Source: an uncultured cyanobacterium (lineage in GTDB: Bacteria; Cyanobacteriota; Cyanobacteriia; PCC-9006; JAAUQQ01). From it: a DNA stretch of 64,000 nt. The DNA is taken from NCBI GenBank assembly GCA_963718615.1, contig OY970368.1:1696001-1760000 (forward strand), read 5' to 3'. Positions within the stretch are counted from its first letter, which is position 1. Each line of letters opens with the position of its first letter. Of this stretch, positions 9,650 to 17,971 are shown one piece after another. A model generated the notes under the pieces. That model worked only from the letters and a program-made list of their open reading frames with translations, was not told the origin of the DNA and made no database searches. Position numbers and translations under genes: made by a program.

Positions 9650-11479
9650 CCCGGATATCTCACCAGTGCCGAGGGATCGGGGTCACCAACCAGCGAGAAT
9701 GTAATAACCACAAGACATTCAGCGGTTTGCAAAGATGGCCCCGACCCAAACAGAGTGTAACTTGCCAAGCTACGAGTTTGGACGCCTGAATCAACGCAAG
9801 ATAGTAGCGAACTTTAGCGGTGGTGAGCTCAGCAGTGATGGAGGGCTGCTGCTAATTCGAGAAATCGACCAGCTATATCGAATCAGTGAGCGGCTGTCCG
9901 AGTGCTTTACGGATCACCGCGATGGCAGCCGGGTGCAACATGAATTGAAAACGCTGCTCGGGCAACGGCTTTATGGATTGGTGCAAGGCTACGAGGACGT
10001 GAATGACCATGACGACCTTCGGCATGAGCGATTATTTGGGGTAGTTCTGGGTCAGTTAGAAAGCCAGCATCCGCGCTGTGCACCGTTAGCGGGCAAGAGC
10101 ACCCTCAACCGATTGGAGCAAGCGATGCATGTCCCCCGCGACTTGTCAGATTCGCGCTACGTGAAACTGAGCCTGGACCCGGCTGCCATCGAGGCGCTCT
10201 TGGTGGAGCTATTCATCGAACAACTCGAAGGTGAACCGAAACAAATCATCCTGGACATGGATGTCACCGATGACCCCACCCATGGCACCCAGGAAGGTTC
10301 AGCGTTCAATGGGTATTACCGCCATGACTGCTACACCCCGTTGCTCATCTTCAGTGGTCGCCATTTGTTGAGTGCAAAACTGCGACCGGCCAATGTGGAC
10401 CCCGCAGCGGGAGCGTTAGAAGAACTCCAACGCATCGTGGCTCAGATTCGAGGTCATTGGCCGAAGGTGAAGATTCTGGTGCGCGGCGATAGTGCTTACA
10501 GCCGAGATGACATCATGCTGTGGTGTGAAGGTGAAGCCCAGGTGGACTTTGTTTTTGCCCACAGCAGCAATGAGCGCTTGCGCCAATTGACTTGGGGGTT
10601 AGAACAGCGAGCCAAAGCCGTTTATGAGGCCCAGCGCCAAACGGTTGCTGCCACCTTAGAACCTCTGTTAGAGCAGAGTGCAAGTGAACTAGAGGCTGAA
10701 CTCAACCGCTTGGTTCCGCCCCAGGTTTGGCATCAGTCCTTGAGCTATGCCACGCTTAAATCCTGGAGCTGTGAGCGTCGCGTCATTTGCAAGCTCACCT
10801 ACGATGGCAATGGCCCACGTCGCCATTTCGTTGTCACCTCTTTGACAGCACAGCAGGCCCATCCCGCTCACCTTCACCGCGATTATTACTGTCCGCGAGG
10901 AGAGATGGAAAATCGCATCAAGGAGCATCAGCTTGACCTCTTCAGCGACCGCACCTCCACCCATGACTTTGAAAGCAATCAGCTCAGACTCTGGTTTTCA
11001 TCCTTCGCCTATGTCTTGATGCAGGCCCTGCGCCTCAAGGCACTCGCCAAAACTGAACTCGCTGATGCGACTCTGGGCACCATTCGACGCAAGCTGCTCA
11101 AGCTTGGCGCACAGGTTCGCATCTCTGTCAGGCGCATTCTCGTCGCATTCACTTTCGCTTCGCCCATACAAACCCTCTTTGAAGCGGCAGCACAACAGTT
11201 GCGCAGACGACTCCCTAGGCCAGGATAGACCGATGAGTAGAACTCTAGCCTTTCGCTCCGACTTTAATTCAACGACTCTCCAAGGGTGAGATTACACACC
11301 CTTGCTTTGACCTGCTCAAAATCTGCCTGAAGCCCCATATCTAGAGCACAATGACTACCTTTACAGCATAGACAGCCTGAAAGATGCCTCAGGCATCCTC
11401 TATTGCTCGAGTCAACAGACTGCTCATCTCATTTCGGGCAAGCCTGATACTCTCTATCCGCCCTGGTGAGAAATCCGGG
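9650..11479 (+). mobile_element. IS1380-family insertion sequence, 1830 bp
   Basis: 17-bp terminal inverted repeats CCCGGATATCTCACCAG (9650-9666) and CTGGTGAGAAATCCGGG (11463-11479), one mismatch; 5-bp target duplication CTTAA at 9645-9649 and 11480-11484. Confidence 0.93.
9735..11228 (+). CDS. IS1380-family DDE transposase
   Basis: Motifs FSGGELSSDGGLLL, IILDMDVTDD, VRGDSAY, YCPRGEMENRIKE and SNQLRLWFS. Confidence 0.95.
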   Translation: MAPTQTECNLPSYEFGRLNQRKIVANFSGGELSSDGGLLLIREIDQLYRISERLSECFTDHRDGSRVQHELKTLLGQRLYGLVQGYEDVNDHDDLRHERLFGVVLGQLESQHPRCAPLAGKSTLNRLEQAMHVPRDLSDSRYVKLSLDPAAIEALLVELFIEQLEGEPKQIILDMDVTDDPTHGTQEGSAFNGYYRHDCYTPLLIFSGRHLLSAKLRPANVDPAAGALEELQRIVAQIRGHWPKVKILVRGDSAYSRDDIMLWCEGEAQVDFVFAHSSNERLRQLTWGLEQRAKAVYEAQRQTVAATLEPLLEQSASELEAELNRLVPPQVWHQSLSYATLKSWSCERRVICKLTYDGNGPRRHFVVTSLTAQQAHPAHLHRDYYCPRGEMENRIKEHQLDLFSDRTSTHDFESNQLRLWFSSFAYVLMQALRLKALAKTELADATLGTIRRKLLKLGAQVRISVRRILVAFTFASPIQTLFEAAAQQLRRRLPRPG

Positions 11480-13093
11480 CTTAAGCGTCAGAAAATTTCT
11501 GTCAAACAAGCTCTTAATTTATTGGTTAAGGATGATCGAATTGTAGACCTTCAGCAAGTCGATCGCGATCTATGCAATGACTTCTTTCGTCAATTAGGCG
11601 ATCGCCATAAACTCCCACCTGTCTTACCCCTACTACTTTGGCAAAATTGCTACTACCTAGGTTGCCCGACCCAAGTTTCTGAAGTGGAGCTTCAACATTT
11701 ACAAAACTATCTGAATGCAACAGTGAAAATTGTTGCGATCGACGAACTCAGTTATCGCAAATGGTATCGTCAGTTTAACCTCGATTTTCGAGATCCCAGC
11801 CAAGCTATCATGGTTAATCCATTAACCGGAGAGCTGGACACAGAAAACATTACAGAACTGACAGAATTATCGCTCGCCCAGACTGAAAATCAAATTGAGC
11901 GAGTTCGAGCCATTATCATTTCTGCCCTACGACACCGAGCCAGCGACATCCACCTTGAACCGACAGAGCAGGGACTACGAGTTCGTTATCGGATCGACGG
12001 TATCCTACGTCAGGTAACGACTCTACCCACTGAGGTTAGCCGCAAAGTTATTGTCGCGATCAAGGTCATGTGCGAGATGGATATTGCCGATAGCCGCCGT
12101 CCCCAAGATGGCCGGATGGCTGAAAAATATGCCACTGCTGAACAAAAAGATCAGGGTCTAGACCTACGGGTGAGCACCTTGCCCTGTGTCAGCTTGCCAG
12201 GGGAACAAAGCGAGAAGGTCGTCATGCGGCTCTTGCGCCAGCAGAACAGCTTCAACACAATTGACGATTTGGGTTTTGTTCCCAAGTCTCGCGCTATCTA
12301 CAAACGCTGGCTGTCTCAACCTCAAGGCATGATCATCCTCACCGGCCCCACGGGATCAGGTAAGACGAGCACGCTTTACACAAGTTTGCAGGCGATCGCC
12401 CATGAATCTGTAAATATTGTCACAGTTGAAGACCCGGTAGAATATGTTCTTCCTGGAATTACTCAAACCCAAGTGAACGAATTGGCAGGAATGACCTTTG
12501 CCTCAGGCTTACGGGCAATTCTACGTCAGGATCCAGATGTAATTATGCTGGGAGAAGTACGGGATCATGAGACAGCGGAAACGGCAATTCGAGCAGCTCT
12601 AACAGGTCATTTGGTTCTAACAACATTGCACACAAATGATGCAATCGGTGCTATTCCTCGCCTTAAAGATATCAGTCCTGATGCAGGGTTGGTGAGTGAT
12701 GCACTATTGGGGGTTGTTGCGCAGCGCCTAGTGCGTCGGGTTTGCCCTCATTGTTCAGAGCCCTATCAGCCCACATTCGCAGAGTTGAGATCTCTGGGCT
12801 TAGAAGCAGGGCTCGAAACAACCCATGCTCAAACTTGGCGTAAAGGACGGGGATGCGATCGCTGTTTTCAGTCCGGCTACTTGGGCAGAGAGGCGATCAT
12901 TGAGCTGCTAGATGTAGATGATACTGTTCGAGAAATTATCGCTGATGGCACAACCCCTCAGCTTCAACGCCATCTCCAGGATGCTGGTTTTGTCTCCTTT
13001 CGGCAAGCGGCTATCCAGAAGGTTGCAACAGGGATAACGACCTTAGAAGAAATTCGACGGGTTCTTCCATACAGTGCGCTCAGTCGGCAGTAG
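11384..13093 (+). CDS. PilB/GspE/PulE secretion ATPase; native 5' end displaced, first 32 codons of this ORF are IS-derived
   Basis: ASDIHLEP, RRPQDGR, Walker A GPTGSGKT, TVEDPVE, LRQDPDVIMLGEVRD, TGHLVLTTLH and two CxxC motifs. Confidence 0.9.
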   Translation: MPQASSIARVNRLLISFRASLILSIRPGEKSGLKRQKISVKQALNLLVKDDRIVDLQQVDRDLCNDFFRQLGDRHKLPPVLPLLLWQNCYYLGCPTQVSEVELQHLQNYLNATVKIVAIDELSYRKWYRQFNLDFRDPSQAIMVNPLTGELDTENITELTELSLAQTENQIERVRAIIISALRHRASDIHLEPTEQGLRVRYRIDGILRQVTTLPTEVSRKVIVAIKVMCEMDIADSRRPQDGRMAEKYATAEQKDQGLDLRVSTLPCVSLPGEQSEKVVMRLLRQQNSFNTIDDLGFVPKSRAIYKRWLSQPQGMIILTGPTGSGKTSTLYTSLQAIAHESVNIVTVEDPVEYVLPGITQTQVNELAGMTFASGLRAILRQDPDVIMLGEVRDHETAETAIRAALTGHLVLTTLHTNDAIGAIPRLKDISPDAGLVSDALLGVVAQRLVRRVCPHCSEPYQPTFAELRSLGLEAGLETTHAQTWRKGRGCDRCFQSGYLGREAIIELLDVDDTVREIIADGTTPQLQRHLQDAGFVSFRQAAIQKVATGITTLEEIRRVLPYSALSRQ

Positions 13094-13172
13094 GAACTCC
13101 AAAGCCCAGAATCGAAGAAAACCAAGATTCGCAATACGATTCACAACGCGATCCAGAATTGGAGAAAAGACT

Positions 13173-13337
13173 ATGCCACTCATTGCTCTTATGGCTATCC
13201 TGTTTGGAGCTTATCTTGCAGAGCTAAGTATTCCACGGCCTAGCCAGGATAATGCACCCCAGGAAAAAACTGATATCGAAAATCTCGAGGTCGTCCTTAG
13301 AGACTACTTTGCGGCGCAACACCCCCCCAGATTTTGA
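13173..13337 (+). CDS. Small single-TM protein (54 aa)
   Basis: GGAG ribosome-binding site before the ATG; hydrophobic MPLIALMAILFGAYLAEL. Confidence 0.55.
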   Translation: MPLIALMAILFGAYLAELSIPRPSQDNAPQEKTDIENLEVVLRDYFAAQHPPRF

Positions 13338-13435
13338 GTGCTCTGGCATCATCGAGCTATCTAGGCTTTTTCAACAAGCCCTAGCTAGTAGCTAGCGATA
13401 AGTACCTGTGCATGATTAGAGGCTAGACATGACGA

Positions 13436-13476
13436 CCTTAAAGAGCACCTGCTTTCCCCGCAGGTGCTCTTTAAGG
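13436..13476. repeat. Perfect 17-bp inverted repeat (hairpin)
   Basis: CCTTAAAGAGCACCTGC-tttcccc-GCAGGTGCTCTTTAAGG. Confidence 0.85.
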
Positions 13477-13545
13477 CGACTTAGAGGAGATTGGCCTTTT
13501 TCTGCAATGCAAATGACCTAAATCACTGTGTAAGACCGCCAAAAA

Positions 13546-13594
13546 CTGACACAACTACCCCTTTGCCTTCTCTTATTGTAGATATATCGAGAGA
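13546..13594 (+). promoter_or_regulatory. Putative activator-dependent promoter, shared with 7910-7958
   Basis: CTGACA-N22-TATTGT-N4-ATATCGAGAGA. Confidence 0.5.
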
Positions 13595-13681
13595 AAAACA
13601 CTCGAACCAAGCAATTCAACTCAGGGCAAACCCAAGCATCCTCACTGAAATCAGTCTTGCCATTAATTGGAGTTTGTCCCC

Positions 13682-14302
13682 ATGAAATTCAACTACGTCC
13701 TTCAAAGTGTTCTCGCTGGATTTTGCGCTATCATTGCATCACCTCAAATTTCAACGGCCCAAGTCAGCTCAGTTTTTGAGCAACAGGAAATTAACCAAAG
13801 CCGAGTCGCATTGACAGCGACTCCCTATAATGGTGGATACGCTCATCAACTGTCAGTCCTTGAACAAGTTGGTAAGGAAAAAGCCTGTTGGAGTGAGCAG
13901 GGCAATTCTCCGACTGTTATCAATCCACTGCTCTTGAGCTTCGACTTCACTAATATATGTGCTCGTGGAGTGGATGGAAATGGCTACTCTATCCGGATTA
14001 ATGGGGAAGATATGTATCTACACTACACCCCTCGCATTGTTGAAAAAAATGGTGAGCTTCTTCTTATTGGTAAGCCGAATCGTAAAGGAAATGCACCTTT
14101 AGTCATTGCCCGTAGCCATGGTAGTGCCCAGTCTTTTTCTAAATTGATTCTTGAGCCAGGTTGGCGGATTACAAAGCGGGTTTATCAAGGCAAGGTTCTA
14201 GATCATTTTTACCTCACCAATGATCAGCTTTCAACTCGTTCTGTCGGCAAGTCATCTGGTGAAAACACAACCGAGATTGTCAAGTTATCGAATGAGTTTT
14301 AG
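13682..14302 (+). CDS. DUF3747 exported protein
   Basis: Signal peptide; LEQ...CWSEQG...PLLLSFDFTNICARGVDGNGYSIRING...LEPGWRITKRVYQGKVLDHFY. Confidence 0.85.
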   Translation: MKFNYVLQSVLAGFCAIIASPQISTAQVSSVFEQQEINQSRVALTATPYNGGYAHQLSVLEQVGKEKACWSEQGNSPTVINPLLLSFDFTNICARGVDGNGYSIRINGEDMYLHYTPRIVEKNGELLLIGKPNRKGNAPLVIARSHGSAQSFSKLILEPGWRITKRVYQGKVLDHFYLTNDQLSTRSVGKSSGENTTEIVKLSNEF

Positions 14303-14372
14303 CTTGCTTGTCAGAATTATCAAAAAGTGCCTGCATCTACCAATTTTTCTTTATCTATGAGGCTTTAAGATT

Positions 14373-16391
14373 ATGTCAGTCGATTTTGTGGGAAACATCT
14401 TGAACCAAGCGCGCGATCTCGGTCAATTGTCCACAAGTTTTGATTCTCATGCGCGTTCTAATGATATTGAGGCAACAACTAACAATCTAGGTAGTATTGA
14501 CTCAGTACTACAGCAGGCAGTACGACAGTCCTATGAGACGATGGTGCGGTTTGGGCAGCGGGACGATTTTGCAGCTCAGATGGCGGTGGCGTTTGGGGAG
14601 GGCTTTGATAGGGTAGCGGCGGAGCAGTTTTTTGATTCGTTGGGGATGGGGGCTGGGGTGTTGCCTCGGGTGGAGGTGTTGGAGGATAGTGTTTTGGGTG
14701 GGGCGTTTGGGGCCTATGCTCAGGCGACGGATACGGTTTATCTATCGCAGCAGTTTTTGGCGTCGGGGAATGTTGATGCGATTACGGGGGTGCTTTTAGA
14801 GGAGTTTGGGCATGGGATTGATACGCGGGTGAATGCGATCGATGCGGCGGGAGATGAGGGGGATATTTTCTCGCTGATTGTGCGGGGGGAGGCGATCTCT
14901 GAAGAGGTTCTGATTGCTCTGTTAGCGGAAGATGACACAGGTTACACATTTATCAACGGCCACAATCTCAAGCTTGAGTTCCGTACTGGCCAGTCTAATA
15001 CTGATATCAATGGAGATGGAAAAGATGATGCAATCGTTGTTAACGATGCTGGAGTAACAATAAGACGATCGAATGGCTCATCTTTTGGTCCTAATGAAAA
15101 CTGGACTACTAATCCCTACTACGGAAGTAGAGGAACCTATTTTGCGGATGTAACAGGTGATGGCAGGGCTGATGCAGTCGTTGTTAATGATGCTGGAGTG
15201 ACAATAAGACGATCGAATGGCTCATCTTTTGGTCCTAATGAAAACTGGACTACTAATCCCTACTACGGAAGTAGAGGAACCTATTTTGCGGATGTAACAG
15301 GTGATGGCAGGGCTGATGCAGTCGTTGTTAATGATGCTGGAGTGACAATAAGACGATCGAATGGCTCATCTTTTGGTCCTAATGAAAACTGGACTACTAA
15401 TCTCTACTACGGAAGTAGAGGAACCTATTTTGCGGATGTAACAGGTGATGGCAGGGCTGATGCAGTCGTTGTTAATGATGCTGGAGTGACAATAAGACGA
15501 TCGAATGGCTCATCTTTTGGTCCTAATGAAAACTGGACTACTAATCCCTACTACGGAAGTAGAGGAACCTATTTTGCAGATGTAACAGGTGATGGCAGGG
15601 CTGATGCAGTCGTTGTTAATGATGCTGGAGTAACAATAAGACGATCGAATGGCTCATCTTTTGGTCCTAATGAAAACTGGACTACTAATCCCTACTACGG
15701 AGGTAGAGGAACCTATTTTGCGGATGTAACAGGTGATGGCAGGGCTGATGCAGTCGTTGTTAATGATGCTGGAGTGACAATAAGACGATCGAATGGCTCA
15801 TCTTTTGGTCCTAATGAAAACTGGACTACTAATCCCTACTACGGAAGTAGAGGAACGTTTTTTGGGAGTTCATTCTCGGATTTGGCAGGAGGAGGCTTTT
15901 CGCCATTGTTAACACGACAGGATGCAAGCTACTTTCAATCCCGTAGGCAGTTTTATGGGAAAGAAGGAAATCCTTTTGCCGCAAGCGGGCTTGGGTCAAG
16001 TCTTCTAGGTGAAAATAGTTCGGGAATGGAAGGAAACTGTACTTGGTACGTGTATGGTCGTCTCAAAGAACTGGGGTATCGCCCAGAAGATGCTGTTGCC
16101 TCATTGGGTCAGGCTAATGCCAAACAGTGGAGCGCGTTCCAGAACGGTGCTTCAATCGCTACACAACCCCAATCTGGAGATATTGCCCAATGGACTACTG
16201 GAGAATTTGGGCATGTAGCAATTGTCGAAAAAGTGGAAGGTGATTATATCTGGATTTCAGAGTCTAACTGGAGCATAGACAAAGATGGCGATCAAGATGG
16301 TGATGGTAAAACTAATGGTGATGGGACTCTTCACCATATAGTCAAGTATCACAAAAGTGCAGTAAATCGCTTTATTCGCTTGCGGAAATAG
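14373..16391 (+). CDS. Extracellular-type protein: LLEEFGH domain + FG-GAP/VCBS-like repeats + C-terminal CHAP amidase
   Basis: GAYAQATDTVYLS...LLEEFGHGID...DAAGDEG; six ADVTGDGRAD-type repeats; CHAP motifs GNCTWYV, GHVAIVE and ISESNW. Confidence 0.8.
   Translation: MSVDFVGNILNQARDLGQLSTSFDSHARSNDIEATTNNLGSIDSVLQQAVRQSYETMVRFGQRDDFAAQMAVAFGEGFDRVAAEQFFDSLGMGAGVLPRVEVLEDSVLGGAFGAYAQATDTVYLSQQFLASGNVDAITGVLLEEFGHGIDTRVNAIDAAGDEGDIFSLIVRGEAISEEVLIALLAEDDTGYTFINGHNLKLEFRTGQSNTDINGDGKDDAIVVNDAGVTIRRSNGSSFGPNENWTTNPYYGSRGTYFADVTGDGRADAVVVNDAGVTIRRSNGSSFGPNENWTTNPYYGSRGTYFADVTGDGRADAVVVNDAGVTIRRSNGSSFGPNENWTTNLYYGSRGTYFADVTGDGRADAVVVNDAGVTIRRSNGSSFGPNENWTTNPYYGSRGTYFADVTGDGRADAVVVNDAGVTIRRSNGSSFGPNENWTTNPYYGGRGTYFADVTGDGRADAVVVNDAGVTIRRSNGSSFGPNENWTTNPYYGSRGTFFGSSFSDLAGGGFSPLLTRQDASYFQSRRQFYGKEGNPFAASGLGSSLLGENSSGMEGNCTWYVYGRLKELGYRPEDAVASLGQANAKQWSAFQNGASIATQPQSGDIAQWTTGEFGHVAIVEKVEGDYIWISESNWSIDKDGDQDGDGKTNGDGTLHHIVKYHKSAVNRFIRLRK
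15030..15856 (+). repeat. About six near-identical 144-bp coding tandem repeats
   Basis: AATGGCTCATCTTTTGGTCCT recurs at 15072, 15216, 15360, 15504, 15648 and 15792. Confidence 0.95.
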
Positions 16392-16455
16392 TCTTTATGT
16401 TAGCGGATGTCAGTCGCTCAAAATTCATGGTCTGCTGTCATTCGCTACAGTTTCA

Positions 16456-16758
16456 TCACTCATCTACACCATCATCATTACCTATCCATACAAGATCACC
16501 CCCCGGCGGATGCCATGCCCCCTCAACATCCGCCACCCACTCAACCCCCTCCGGCGAAACCACTTGTCCAAGCATCGCCCAAAGCAATCTCTCTTCCACC
16601 CGTTCCGGCAAATTGAACCGCAAAATCTTCACCGTTACCCGCCCCTCCGCCGTAAGCGGCAAAATCTCGCCCTGCTCCAACCGAAAATGCTCTGACCACA
16701 CCTGCACACGAGGATGATAAAAAGGCGTCAAAACTCACGCATCAGAAACATAGCTCAT
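16456..16758 (-). pseudogene. HNH endonuclease remnant (start and C-terminal part; HNH core deleted)
   Basis: MSYVSDA* overlaps the upstream stop and is followed directly by LTPFYHPRVQVWSEHF...LTAEGRVTVKILRFN..ERVEER, the C-terminus typical of small cyanobacterial HNH proteins. Confidence 0.65.
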
Positions 16759-17112
16759 GCTACCAACTTAAGCTGCCGATAGGCATTCTCCTTCGCCAAT
16801 CTGACCAAATGCTTCAGCCAGAAATAGCGATCCAGCTCCGTTTGCTCATCTTGCGACAAATCCCGCTGCTTCTTCGCCGCCAACAGCTCAGATATCCGTG
16901 ACTGTAACTCTGACGAGGGTCGAGTCGCCAAAATCGTCTTGGGGTCAGGTTGACTTGCCAGCAGGTAGATAATATCCGCCTCCCTATGAAACAGACTGAC
17001 AGCCTCTGACTTCACCTCCAACAAACCCCGCTCCAAGATTTACGGGAGCCTCGCGGCGTGTGGCTTGAGCTGTTCTGCCAAGAATTCAGGGATATCGATA
17101 GTGACTTGTGTG
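16755..17112 (-). pseudogene. Antitoxin-like partner of the HNH gene with a premature stop
   Basis: TQVTIDIPEFLAEQLKPHAARLP*ILERGL... with TAA at 17042-17040, then RPSSELQSRISELL...EQTELDRY..LKHLVRLAK. Confidence 0.6.
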
Positions 17113-17237
17113 GTTAAGGGGGTGACGATCGCTCCTCAATATCCACCAACCCCACATTCAAAACCCACTCCCGCTTGAACCACAAAGCCTCAACCATTGC
17201 CCGCGCCACTGCCACACCTGTTACTGCTCAACCTCTC

Positions 17238-17873
17238 TCAAAAATCCTCATCCTCATCAACTGGTTCAAACACTTGCTGAGACAACTTATCCCACAATGC
17301 AATCATCTCCGATGTTGCCTGCGCAACCTCTAGTCGCTCCGTCACCAACGCTGGATTTTCCTGAAACTGCGGAAACGTCAACAACAGCATCACAATATCT
17401 CGCCAATCCGTACCCGCTTTCGGTTTCCCCCGCCGCCGATGATAGGCCATCACCTTGTAAGCCAACAGCTCCACCGGAGCCATCACCAAAACCTGCGCAA
17501 TCCGCTCCGACATCGGCAAGGCTTCAACCGCTCTGATATCTACCAAGTGGCGATTGCCCACCTTCTGAATCTGATAAACCCGATAGCCTAGCTTCGTTTT
17601 CACCTCCCGTACCCGCACTGCAATCTGAAATTTCTCATTCAGATGGGCACGGATCTCCTCCGCCAAATCACCCGCTTCCAAAGCTAAAAGATCAATATCC
17701 TGCGTCATTCGAGGCTCATTTACCCAAGCATTCACCGCTTGAGCTCCGAAAATGACGACATCGTTGCGATCGCGCAAAAACTCCAGCACCGCCTCCTGAA
17801 TCATCGCCAGAGGCACTTGCTCACCCATTGCAAACTCCCGAAAGCTTAAAACGCCAGCATTAACCATAAACAC
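17238..17873 (-). CDS. Nucleotidyltransferase-fold (AbiEii/AbiGii-like) protein
   Basis: IFGAQAV...PRMTQDIDLL (G...DxD motif), ELLAYKV and KAGTDWRDI. Confidence 0.7.
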   Translation of the reverse strand: MFMVNAGVLSFREFAMGEQVPLAMIQEAVLEFLRDRNDVVIFGAQAVNAWVNEPRMTQDIDLLALEAGDLAEEIRAHLNEKFQIAVRVREVKTKLGYRVYQIQKVGNRHLVDIRAVEALPMSERIAQVLVMAPVELLAYKVMAYHRRRGKPKAGTDWRDIVMLLLTFPQFQENPALVTERLEVAQATSEMIALWDKLSQQVFEPVDEDEDF

Positions 17874-17971
17874 ATTCTAATCGTTCATTCATCCGTGGCC
17901 TATATGGTAACTGCTCCTGGTGTGGGTAGGAGTTAGCGATACCAAGCACAGCATGGCCAACCTCGCATCGA

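Noticed and set aside
15030-15856. Regular repeats resembling a CRISPR array
   Set aside because: The 144-bp units are in-frame coding repeats with no unique spacers, and no cas genes are present.
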